Part shown: in pieces, positions 13,101-21,951 of the stretch
Layout of the letters: the number at the start of each line of letters is the position of its first letter
How positions within the stretch are numbered: position 1 is the stretch's first letter
DNA from: Isurus oxyrinchus
Lineage: Eukaryota
Length of the DNA stretch: 64,000 nucleotides
Assembly (NCBI GenBank): GCA_026770705.1
Contig: JANJGN010000009.1
Location: 167,214,001-167,278,000 of the forward strand
Reading direction: 5' to 3'
Notes under the pieces: generated by a model
What the model was told of the DNA's origin: nothing
Seen by the model: only the letters and a program-made list of their open reading frames with translations
Databases searched by the model: none
Program-made: the position numbers and the translations under genes

Positions 13101-14134
13101 AAGGTTCTGCCTGTCTGTTTAGGTGGATGTTAAAGGTTTTTCTTTTCCTTTATTCTTTCATGGGATGTGGGAATCATTGACAAGGCCAGCATCTGTTGCC
13201 CGTCTGTAGTTGTCTTTAACTGCTCTCTGAAGTGTTCAATTCAAGAGTCAACCACATTGCTGTGGGTCTGGAGGCACATGTAGGCCAGATTGGAGAAGGC
13301 TGGCAGATTTCCTTTCATAAGGAGCATTAGTGAACCAGATGTCTTTTTATTAACAACAATCTTTGATTGTTGTCATGGTCACCATCACTGACACCAGCTT
13401 TCAATTCCAGATTTATGAATTGAATTTTAATTCCACCAGCTGCCATGGTGGGATTTGAACCCATGTCTCCAGAGCATTAGACTAGGCCCCTGGGTTACTA
13501 GTCCAGTGACATTTTTACTATGGCTCCCTCTCCCCAAAAACAGGGTTGGTATTCTGGACAGATACAATCAAATGGATAAAGAGACTTCTTCATCCAAACT
13601 GTGGGAAATAATTCCCATCTTCCCTTAAACTTGTTAAGTTTTTGCTCATATTGTCTAGTTATCCATCTTAAGAACATTAGAGATAGGAGCAGGGAGTAGG
13701 CCATTCGTCCCCTAAAGCCTGCCACACCATTCAATATCATGATTGATATTCTACATCAACTTCACCTTCCTGCACTATCCCCTTAAGGATTCCCTTAGTA
13801 CCCAAAAATACATCAATCGCTCTCTTCAATATGTTCAATGTTGGAGCATCCACAGTCCCTCTGGCACTGAGAATTTCAAAGGCTGTCTTTCATTTTGGCA
13901 TGTATGACAATAACTAGTTTTCCTGCCTCTAATACGTGACTGCACATGAAGCTTAGTTATCTCAGAATTAACTTTTCCTTTAAACAAACATCCATCTTAA
14001 CAAAATGCACACCAACTAGCATATAATCTGGTGAAAATTTCAAGTGGTGTCAAGTTATTAAATTGCTTAATGACTTACTTGTGGAAACACTCAGAGAGTT
14101 GGATACAGACCAACGCAATGATCAATAACTTCAT
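987..14134 (-). CDS. pgc: Pepsinogen C / progastricsin-type aspartic protease, 9 coding exons, 1182 nt, 393 aa
   Basis: Nine exons assembled by hand, all with GT-AG junctions and in frame: 14079-14134, 11877-12042, 11044-11161, 10809-10927, 8299-8498, 6075-6197, 4150-4294, 3022-3120, 987-1142. The protein has a signal peptide, a propeptide with DPALKY, catalytic [12 protein letters not shown] and VDTGTSLL, flap [14 protein letters not shown] (gastricsin-like) and C-terminal [28 protein letters not shown]. It is adjacent to FRS3, as human PGC is. Confidence 0.93.
1781..2438. mobile_element. GC/CpG-rich MITE (non-autonomous DNA transposon) in pgc intron 8
   Basis: Imperfect TIRs: GGGCAGGATTTTGCCCTTGGCG vs the reverse complement of the right end, GGGCAGAATATTACGCTCGGCG. 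AT flanks both ends. CpG-rich against an AT-rich background. Confidence 0.75.
2527..2930 (+). mobile_element. tRNA-headed SINE with LINE-derived tail (related copies at ~9397-9760 -, ~13140-13530 -, ~19905-20125 -)
   Basis: A-box-like TAGCACAGTGG and B-box-like GTTCAGATCCC; body shared among the copies (ACATGTGACTCCAG..CACAGCAATGTGG); tail TTCTCAAGG.CAATT.GGGATGGGCAA..AAT shared with the LINE end at 21440-21852. Confidence 0.75.
3022..3120 (-). CDS. pgc: pgc exon 8 ([33 protein letters not shown])
   Basis: 99 nt, phase 0/0, acceptor taatag|TAC, donor CAG|gtatgt; pepsin-type VNC..LPxLTFxING motif. Confidence 0.95.
4150..4294 (-). CDS. pgc: pgc exon 7 ([48 protein letters not shown]), second catalytic Asp
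   Basis: 145 nt, acceptor ttttccag|T, donor GAG|gtaagc; CxxGC disulfide and DTGTS motif. Confidence 0.96.
6075..6197 (-). CDS. pgc: pgc exon 6 ([40 protein letters not shown])
   Basis: 123 nt, acceptor ctttccag|G, donor AG|gtaagt; lies within ORF 6071..6337; FGGVD..Y.G...W.PV motif. Confidence 0.95.
7765..8125 (+). mobile_element. Deu-domain SINE (SacSINE1-like), degenerate
   Basis: tRNA-like head followed by CTGGAGACTTG..CAGTACTGA.GGAGTGCTGCACTGTTGGAG; same family as 10355-10765, 40025-40315 and 42170-42525. Confidence 0.65.
8299..8498 (-). CDS. pgc: pgc exon 5 ([36 protein letters not shown]...FSVYLG)
   Basis: 200 nt (canonical pepsin-family exon 5 size), acceptor cctcccaag|GTT, donor AG|gtaaga; lies within ORF 8295..8555. 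Confidence 0.96.
9397..9760 (-). mobile_element. SINE copy of the 2527-2930 family
   Basis: Reverse-complement similarity over head, body and tail. Confidence 0.75.
10355..10765 (+). mobile_element. Deu-domain SINE with L2-type 3' tail
   Basis: GGTGCCATCTTTTGGATGAGACATTAAA..GTGGATGTAAAAGATCC core; tail GCTATATAAATG shared with L2 3' ends in this window. Confidence 0.7.
10809..10927 (-). CDS. pgc: pgc exon 4 ([39 protein letters not shown]), flap region
   Basis: 119 nt, acceptor cttttcag|GC, donor AAC|gtaagt; flap Tyr in YGSG. Confidence 0.96.
11044..11161 (-). CDS. pgc: pgc exon 3 ([39 protein letters not shown]), first catalytic Asp
   Basis: 118 nt, acceptor acaccag|AAC, donor A|gtgagt; IGTPP and [11 protein letters not shown] motifs. 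Confidence 0.97.
11877..12042 (-). CDS. pgc: pgc exon 2, activation propeptide ([34 protein letters not shown]...DEPLLNFIN)
   Basis: 166 nt, acceptor cctttcag|A, donor AAC|gtgagt; pepsinogen propeptide pattern PLxxxKSxR...DPAxKY. Confidence 0.95.
12982..13055 (-). tRNA. tRNA-Asn(GTT), mutated and possibly a pseudogene, in pgc intron 1
   Basis: GTCTCTGTGGCGCAATCTGTTAGCCCGTTCGGCTGTTAACCGAAAAGTTGGTGGTTCAAAGCCACCCAGGGACG (74 nt) matches vertebrate tRNA-Asn-GTT apart from about 6 substitutions. Acceptor, anticodon and T stems are intact; TTTT follows ~12 nt downstream. Confidence 0.85.
13140..13530 (-). mobile_element. SINE copy of the 2527-2930 family
   Basis: Closely similar to 9397-9760 (AAGAGTCAACCACATTGCTGTGGG..CACATGTAGGC). 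Confidence 0.75.
14079..14134 (-). CDS. pgc: pgc exon 1, signal peptide ([18 protein letters not shown])
   Basis: ATG in context gcaacATG, hydrophobic core with LVCxQL typical of progastricsins, donor AA|gtaagt in phase with exon 2. Confidence 0.93.
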
Positions 14135-14230
14135 GTTGCTTCTTTTGGTGGAGTGTCGTGGAAGGTTAGAGTCAATTGAGGTCCACACAATTCCTTGAAT
14201 TGTGCTGGAGATTGCAGTAGGCTGGGTGCC

Positions 14231-14250
14231 TTTATACTCGCAAGTAAACA
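14231..14250 (-). promoter_or_regulatory. pgc core promoter: TATA box with adjacent forkhead (FOXA-type) motif
   Basis: TATAAA on the minus strand at 14231-14236, ~100 nt upstream of the ATG; TGTTTAC at 14244-14250; TGATAAG (GATA motif) at 14376-14382. Confidence 0.7.
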
Positions 14251-15774
14251 GGCGATTTGTTTTTCAACTTCACTAATGAAGGTCATTTTAGCTCAAACTT
14301 TGAACGATAATGCTGCATTGTTTATTTTAAAACACAAACAGAGTAACCTTAAACGACTTAAACCTCCTGTAAACTTGATAAGAATTTTTTGGTCAGAAAG
14401 CTTGCATCTGAAGACAAGCATCGAACAATTCTGATGATTATTGGATTGTTACAGTAAAAAAGTGTTTAAATAGAATTAGGTGGAGAAAGTGAACTATTCT
14501 ATTCAGTAAGTAACTACATGCATTTGTATTGTTCACAAAAAATGTCTTGCATTTATGAATAATGCAGGATGGAAATGAGGCAGAAGTTTGCAAGGACAGA
14601 GGGGTTAAGTGTTGGGTTTTTTGAGGAGTGGGGTGACAATGGCAGATTTGGAGGAGAGGGTGTCAGAATTTGAGGAGAGAGAACAATTAACATTATTAGC
14701 TAACATGGGTGCCAGAAAGTGAAGGTGGCCAGCAGTTTGGTGGGAATAGGGTCATGGGAGCAGGTGGTGAGTTTCATGGACAAGATACCTTCTTATGGTC
14801 TTTCATAGGCCTCTGTGCTATTGTTCAAACTCCTTTTGCCTCAGCAACAAATTTGCGCAAGGCTGACAACACCCAATAATGTGCTTTCTAAGAACTTTTA
14901 GTTTCTGAAATGCCACAAATATTGCATTCAGCTCCTCAAGCTAAGAAACTTTGAGCTTCCACACAAGCAGTGGCTCTTTCTAGTACATGAACTCATCCCA
15001 AATGCATGAAGTACCGAGTATCCCCTACAACACACAGGTACCAATACACATTTTCACTGTCCCTTATAAAACGGACTTTCTTCTCTTAAGAATTAAATCA
15101 AACAGTAGCATTTGGTAGTTGAACTCCAAAGTACTTATTTCACTGTAGAAGTACAAGTTTCAGCATTTAATGCATCAGTTATTCATGCCAAGGTTAAACT
15201 ACAAACTATCAGCCTTTCATCCTCTGGCCTCGAACATGTCAGGAGTCAGAGTTTCATGATTTCTGTGTTTGCATTGTTGGTCTCTGGTGTTAGAACTTTG
15301 CTATCACAATTGACCTTACTATAGAATGACCTTAAACAATGTATAGATGGAAATATGGGTTCTAAATCTGTAATATCTATGCTTCAACTAGGAAAATGAA
15401 TCTCATATTTCTATACCAAAGAAAAGCAACCAGGCTCGGTAAACAGAATGCTTACCAGAAATCTTCAACTAGTCTCAACTGATAGGTCAGAGTTAAAGTC
15501 AGATTGAAACTCCAATCTATACTGAGTTAGCTGAGTCAAGCGCTACTAAGGGTGTACACAATTAGCCAAAGCGTTCCTGGACAAGGGAAAAATTGGACTT
15601 GGTTCCTGCTCCTGATTGGCAAAGAGCAATTCATGCTGGAAGACTGCATTCTAGACAGGGGTATGCCTGATCTTAGCCGTAATGACTTCCTCAATTAACT
15701 TTATGGTATTCGCAGTCAAGTTTCACGTAAGAATAACTGATACTTGGAGACATCAGCGAGCAACAGCCATCTGT

Positions 15775-16020
15775 GAAACTTGCATTTATATAGCACTTTT
15801 GCAGGAGCATTATCAAACAAAATTTGACACCGAGCCATATAAGGAAGGTATTAGGACAAACAACCACTAGCTTGGTCCAAGAGGTATATTTTAAGGAGCA
15901 TCTTAAAGAAGGAGGAAGCAGTAGGGAGGCCTAGGGAGCAAATTCCAGAGCTTAGGATCTAGGCAGCTGAAGACACAGCTACCAATGGTGGGAGTGATTA
16001 AAATCAGGGATGCATGAGAG
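15775..16020 (-). mobile_element. L2 LINE 3' fragment
   Basis: Reverse complement of the tail at 35100-35385 (CAGCTGCCTAG..CTAAGCTCTGGAATT..CTATATAAATGCAAG). Confidence 0.65.
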
Positions 16021-17042
16021 CTAATGCCTTCAGCAAATAAGAAGCAAACTCCGTACCAAAATGGAAACGATCTCGGGAAACTGATTATACATTCAGCCAT
16101 GTGCAGTAGGTAATTTCCATTAACTAATGCAAAATACAAATGTAAGGTGTGTCACATGCTGGTAGATAGCACCATTGCTGACTTTTAGCACAAACATATG
16201 GGGTCATGAGTCCCAGAATATACTATGTATGCATTTTTTGAAAATCATGGTTAAATAATTTTTGACGCTCACTGTCTACGTCGACACATTAAGAATGGCG
16301 ACTTTGGGGAGAGGGGATCTGTCAGCACGCTTCAAACTACACCCCAGGAAGAATCAGCAGCTTGGGGAAAGAAAATCTCTGGTGCCATGGTCTTCTATAG
16401 GCAATAAAATATCTTATCCATTCGTCAGATTAATCAGCAAAAATCTAAATTATTTCTAATTAGACTCCCTTCCAAAAATATTATATTCTGAATGATATTT
16501 TGTGCTTAAAAAATTTGAAGCTTCCATTGTTGCAGTTTTTATTGGTTTTACAAGTCCAAAGCAACACTTTTAATAGACTGCGCAAAACGACACGAGAATA
16601 TCCAATGTAAATTAAAATATCACAGCTACGACATCAATTTACAGCAACAGGGAAAAGAAGGAACACACAACGATTACTTAGTCGAATTTTTGTTATTGAT
16701 GCTTTGGAATTGCACCTAACCCTTACGGTCCCTCTGTGATACTCAATTCACACAAAGAGGCTGATAATCAGTGGAAAATGGATAAGTGACGATAACTTTC
16801 AATAAACTATTTGCTGTACTCGAGTAACAGAGGCACATTGACATCTTGCCTCACGTCATAACAAGGTTCCTTGAAGGACTTTAAACTAGGTTCAGCAACT
16901 GAATGGGTAAAAGCCCCAGGCCACTAGTTGAATTCCAACAACTGTAGGAGAAAACTGGGGTTTAGTTGCCAAAACAAATTGATTAAATGGCTTAAACTAT
17001 ATACAATTAAATGTGGAATGTATTACAAGAAGTTTGTCTTTT

Positions 17043-17515
17043 AGTATTGCTGAAATAAAGAGACATGCTGCCGTGGCTTTTCATCTTTCACTCATCAGGA
17101 CAGAAGAATCACAAGAGTAGCAAATGTAAAGGGGACCACAATTCACACTGCTTGAGAAGAGGGTGCTGATTGGTTGACAAGAGGACTTTGATTGGTAGAG
17201 AGTTTGCCATGGAGAATGCGCCACGGAAGTTAACTTCCAAGCTTTTATTAAAATTCAAACCAGGCAATGGCTTCACCCAGTCTTTTTAGTTGAAAAAGGC
17301 ACAATGCATGGACATGTTCTTTCTGTCTGCAAAGGACAGGGCCATGTGTGTGAATATATGAAGCTTCTAGCACATGTAAGTGAGCCACACTGCAAGCCCC
17401 ACTTCTTGGTTGTCAGTGTAAATCTTAGCACAATCAGGATTGTGTAGCAAGTGTTGCCCAGTCACTAACATCTAACATTAGACACTATGTTCTGAGTTTT
17501 GCAAACATGGGCTGG
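17043..17515 (-). mobile_element. Penelope-like element 3' end: GIY-YIG C-terminal relic plus pLTR with hammerhead motif
   Basis: Frameshifted translation GQHLLHNPDCAKIYTDNQ / SVAHLHVLEASYIHTHGPVLCRQKEHV, then two CCAATC boxes and TGTC-CTGATGA-GTGAAAGAT-GAAA. A second copy lies at 38395-38751. Confidence 0.75.
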
Positions 17516-18392
17516 TTGAGTATAATCAGTACTTTGTTGTGAACAGCGGAAGATTCCATTTACAATATGTTGTACATCTATTGAATACTTTCAGCTTTAT
17601 AACTGAAAATGCCCAAGCATTTACATTAATACTGCAGGGGATCCTTTATTGTCTGCCTCTCTTTCTTTAAAACCTACCTCTTTGACCAAGCTTCTGGCCT
17701 AATGACTTAATGTCACTTTTTGTGGCTTGATGTCATACTTTTATTTGTAATTCTCCTTGAAGCACCTTGGGACATTTCATTATGATAAAGGCACAATTAT
17801 TCTATATAAAATATGTAAAAGTTGTTGCTTTTGAAGAGACAATGGATCAAAGATTCCTTCTCTGCTGTCATTTCAATGAAATATTTGCAATTATTGACCA
17901 AGCAAATGACACAATTATTGTCAGGAGGGCGGGTTTACTCAAAATGTTGCATGTTATATATGAGGAGAGTCAGTGCATCAGAGCGATTGGTTTTAATTGC
18001 CCTCTTCTACAGGATCTGGGTGCCTCCAACAACAACAGCATTCATTGCCCATCCCTCAATGCCCTCGAGAAAAGGAACTTTCTTGAACAAAACTGAATGG
18101 TTTACTAAGCCATTTCAAAGGGCAGCTAAGAGTCTGGAGTTACAAATGAGAGAGATTAGGTATTGTAGGGGTCCTCTTTTCCCTCAGAGACCCTCCCCAC
18201 ACTTGAGTTCGTGACACCACATTTGCAAGTGTATGAACAGAATGACCAGCAAGACAAATTTCTCCTGATAATTCACAATTGCTTTATTGAAATCACCCAC
18301 AACCCCCCAGTACAAAACCCCAAAATTTAAAACAACCCATTCCCAGTACCCGACATGAAGTCGCAACAACTCGGGCTTAAACTTACAAAAAG

Positions 18393-18972
18393 AGGCCATT
18401 ATAAAGGCTCTGGTCAGACCACATTTAGAATATTGTGAGCAATTTTGGACCCCGTATCTCAGGAAGGATGTACTGGCCCTGGAGAGGGTCCAGAGGAGGT
18501 TCACGAGAATGATCCCAGAAATGAAAGGCTTAACATATGAGGAATGTTTGAGGACTCTGGGTCTATACTCGATGGAGTTTAGAAGGATGAGGGGGGATCT
18601 GATTGAAACTTACAGAATACTGAAAGGCCTGGATAGAGTGGACGTGGGGAAGATGTTTCCATTAGTAGGAGAGACTAGGACCCGAGGGCACAGCCTCAGA
18701 GTAAAGGGAAGACCTTTTAGAACAGAGATAAGGAAAAACTTCTTTAGCCAGAGAGTGGTGAATCTATGGAACTCATTGCCACAGAAGGCTGTGGAGGCCA
18801 GGTCATTGAGTGTATTTAAGACCGAGATAGATAGGTTCTTGATTGGTAAGGGGATCAAAGGTTACAGGGAGAAGGCAGGAGAATGGGGTCAAGAAACTTA
18901 TCAGCCATGATTGAATGGCAGCGCAGACTTGATGGGCTGAATGGCCTAATTTCTGCTCCTGTATCTTATGGT
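18393..18972 (+). mobile_element. CR1-clade LINE, 5'-truncated, well preserved ORF2 C-terminus and 3'UTR
   Basis: Translation YKGSGQ/LVRPHLEYCEQFWTPYLRKDVLALERVQRRFTRMIP..RRMRGDLIETYRIL..TRGHSL..FFSQRVVNLWNSLP is the CR1 ORF2 tail; ends in TCTTATG. Confidence 0.92.
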
Positions 18973-19060
18973 ACTACAACATGGCTGAAACAAGTCACAA
19001 GGTTCCACCAAAAAAAAAATCAAGTTTTCACTCCAAACCTTCACAACAGCCTCAGACCAA

Positions 19061-19240
19061 GATAAAAACAAAAAACTGCAGATGCTGGAAATCCAAAACA
19101 AAAACACCTGGAAAAACTCAGCAGGTCTGACAGCATCTGCGGAGAGGAACACAGTTAACGTTTCGACTCCGAATAACCCTTCAACAGAACTGATGCTGCC
19201 AGACCTGCTGAGTTTTTCCAGGTAGTTTTGATTTTGTTTT
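19061..19240. mobile_element. 180-bp palindromic Penelope-pLTR-derived insertion with a 13-bp target-site duplication
   Basis: AGCCTCAGACCAA at 19048-19060 and 19241-19253; inverted arms 19106-19137 and 19192-19223 (31/32 complementary). Related fragments at ~4450-4520 and ~30215-30370. Confidence 0.8.
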
Positions 19241-21439
19241 AGCCTCAGACCAACATCACTACGATTTGGCTGAAAACAATCCCCAAAACAGCTGGTCTGT
19301 CCGGTGTAGAATGTAGGCTGGAGTCAAGGCAATCAGCCTTGATGCTCCTTCCAACTGCAGCCCAGAAACTCAGATCTGCCTTTCTTATATAACTCAGACA
19401 TGTCAAAACATATTTCCTGTTATTCCAATGCCCATTTAGTTGATTCCACGCAACGTCCGGACAAACGTCATCAGTTCCTGCTGGTTGAAGCAAAACAGGA
19501 TTTTCTAAGGGAGATGTATCCAGACGAATACCTATCACTTCTCATTGTATGAGCAATTCTCCTGCTGCTTGGGGTGGCACAGTGACAGGACCTTGCTCCA
19601 AAGTTAGAGGGTTTGAATGACCCCATTCCAATACTATTGTCTGTGGTGGTTGCATAATTCCTAGTGTGTTGTACTGATGATATATCCTGTGTAATTGTAT
19701 TGGTAACCTTGATTGACTAAATGGCCTTTTGATGAGTCAGTTTTTAACTAAATGTCCAAATTAACCTCTTGCTGCCCAGCCCTGTACTGCTGACTGCAGC
19801 TTTTTGTAATTTATAGTTCCAATCATCAGGTCAAAACATGTCCACAGGTTTGAAATTATGTTCCATAAATTTCCCAGTTGGAGGGATTTCGATCCTACAG
19901 TACGTATAGCAGATTTCCTTCCCTAAAGCTCATTAGTGAATCAGATACAATTTCTATGGCGATTCAGAGATATGGTCAATCACTATCAATGCTAGCTTTT
20001 TTAATTCCAGATTTAACCGAATTTAAATACCCCATTTTCCACAGCAGAAATTGAACTCGTCTCCAGATCAGCATTAGTCCAGCTTCTGAATTACTAGCTC
20101 CATAGCATAGCCACTCTGATACTGTACACTGACATGGAGATCAAGTTTTCCAGAGGTTACAGTAGAGAGGAAGATTAAAAATTAGTTCCTTAACCTGCTT
20201 GATATTGACAAACCAGCAATCTGTACCCTGTTTGGAACAGGACCAGTTTTATTATTATTGGGGTGGTAGAAGAGACAGGATCTGCATCACTTTCAACTAT
20301 AAACAAGTCAGAACCAATTTGACTAACTTTTGGAGAACAGGTTTGATGTGTCAATCATTACAGTGCCAATGAATTCACAATGATCAACCGCAAGCCTGGG
20401 AGCAAGCATCTTCGCACAAGTGAACACCTGTATTTCCCATCTATTCAATGTATACACTTCAAACCATGCAAGATTTAAATAGAATACATTTCTCTACCTC
20501 TCAGTATTATGGCCTTTTCTTCCCCCCCCTGTGGGGTCTTTCTGTGGATGTGACTGGTCCTTTAAGTTTCTTCAGTTTGCAGAGGGCTCAGCAAGTTGAT
20601 GCAGCCAGTAGTTATCTACACATCCAAAACAAAAACCCAGGTTCAACCCCCACCCAGTTGTGCATTAGCTGTTTTGACCCCAGGCTCTTGTAGTGACACT
20701 ATAATCCCTCAGGATCCTGGTTCCCTATTGTCAGTGCTAGCCAGCAATGGCTGCTAGAAGACTACATATGTGGATGCCAGCTGAGAAAGGGGTCACATTC
20801 AGCTGAGATACTTTTCTTCCCCTTCCTTCCAATCGCCCCACAAAGCAGACCGTTACTGAAATTCATCATCAAAGCTTGGATATGAATTGTTCCCACTTGG
20901 GCAAGATACTGTGTTTTTTATTTATTTATTTATTCTCTTTCTCCAGACGTGGGTGTCACTGGCTAGGCCAGCATTTATTGGCCATCCCCAATTGCCCTCG
21001 GGAAGGTGGTGATGAGGCACTTTCTTGAACCACTGCAGTCCATGTGGGAAGGTACACTCATACAGAGCTGTTAGCATGCTGATGCTCCTACACTCAAAGA
21101 ATTGTACTCTTCCAAGTAGTCAGGACTGGAGGGTGGGTGAAAATTTAACATATCACTGATAATGGTTTAGCCCCACATCCTGCCAGCCAAAATAGAAAAC
21201 TACAAAAGTGCTTCATCGGTTATGAAGTACCACAGCCTCTCCTGAGGTTGTAAAATGTGCTTATATAAAAGCAAGTTCTTCTTTCTGTCATAAGACGGAA
21301 GGAACAAAGTTACATCCTGACACAGGAATCGGCTGAATGCACCCTGCACGCGATGGGTTTGGTCTTGGGAGACAGGAGACTTCCTTGCAAATACCAGAGT
21401 TAGTTGCTCATTCTGTGGATGTGGTCCCAATCAATCAAT

Positions 21440-21852
21440 CAGCCCACCTGACTGGCACCACATCCACAAACTTTCAATCCCCCCACCACCAAAGCACAAT
21501 GACAGCAGTGTACACCATCTACAAGATGCACTGCAGGAATTCACCAAGGCTCTTAGACAGCACCTTCTAAACTCAGGACCACTATCATCTAGGAGGACAA
21601 GGGCAGTATCTAGATGGGAACACCACCACCTGCAAGCTCCCTCCAAGTCACTCACCATCCTGACTTGGAAATATATCGCCATTCCTTCACTGACACTGTC
21701 AAAATCCTGGAACTCCCTTCCTAATAGCACTGTGGGCATTCCTACACCACATGGGCTGCAGCGGTTCAAGAAGGCAGCTCACCACCACCTTCTCAAGGGC
21801 AACTAGAGATGGGCAATAAATGCTGGCCCATCCCATGAATGAATAAAAAAAA
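21440..21852 (+). mobile_element. Non-LTR retrotransposon (LINE) 3' end; shorter pieces at ~4635-4760, ~20915-21075 (-), ~36780-36910, ~46110-46265
   Basis: Encodes ..AVYTIYKMHC..SPRLL.. and SWNSLP; ends TTCTCAAGGGCAACTAGAGATGGGCAATAAATGCTGG..CCCATGAATGAATAAAAAA; several 5'-truncated copies share this end. Confidence 0.8.
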
Positions 21853-21924
21853 TTCTTTAATCACGTCTCTAAAATGTTTTCTCAAACACAGTTAAAGGAA
21901 ATTTGTTTAAAAATTAAAAGAACA

Positions 21925-21951
21925 CAGTTTCTTTTAGTCCATTTCTTTATT
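21925..21951 (-). terminator. Candidate distal polyadenylation site of frs3
   Basis: AATAAA on the minus strand at 21946-21951, followed by a GT/T-rich tract (CTGTGTTCTTTTAATTTTT) and preceded by several TGTA motifs. It sits where young repeats resume. Confidence 0.5.

Noticed and set aside
987-14134. Pepsinogen as a pseudogene, or as cathepsin E/D or renin
   Set aside because: All nine exons splice in frame with no stops and a TATA box is present. GSGSLTGxFGYDT, the DPAxKY propeptide, the LVCxQL signal peptide and synteny indicate gastricsin type.
18509-18910. 133-aa ORF as a host gene
   Set aside because: It is the C-terminal tail of CR1 ORF2 in a 5'-truncated insertion.
18164-19045. TG...CA LTR interrupted by the CR1 insertion
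   Set aside because: The termini are suggestive, but there is no TSD and no second copy in the window.
19380-19475. TATATAA plus CRE-like TGACGT as the promoter of a second pepsinogen or an ncRNA
   Set aside because: No downstream signal-peptide exon or pepsin-like exon was found, and such motifs occur by chance.
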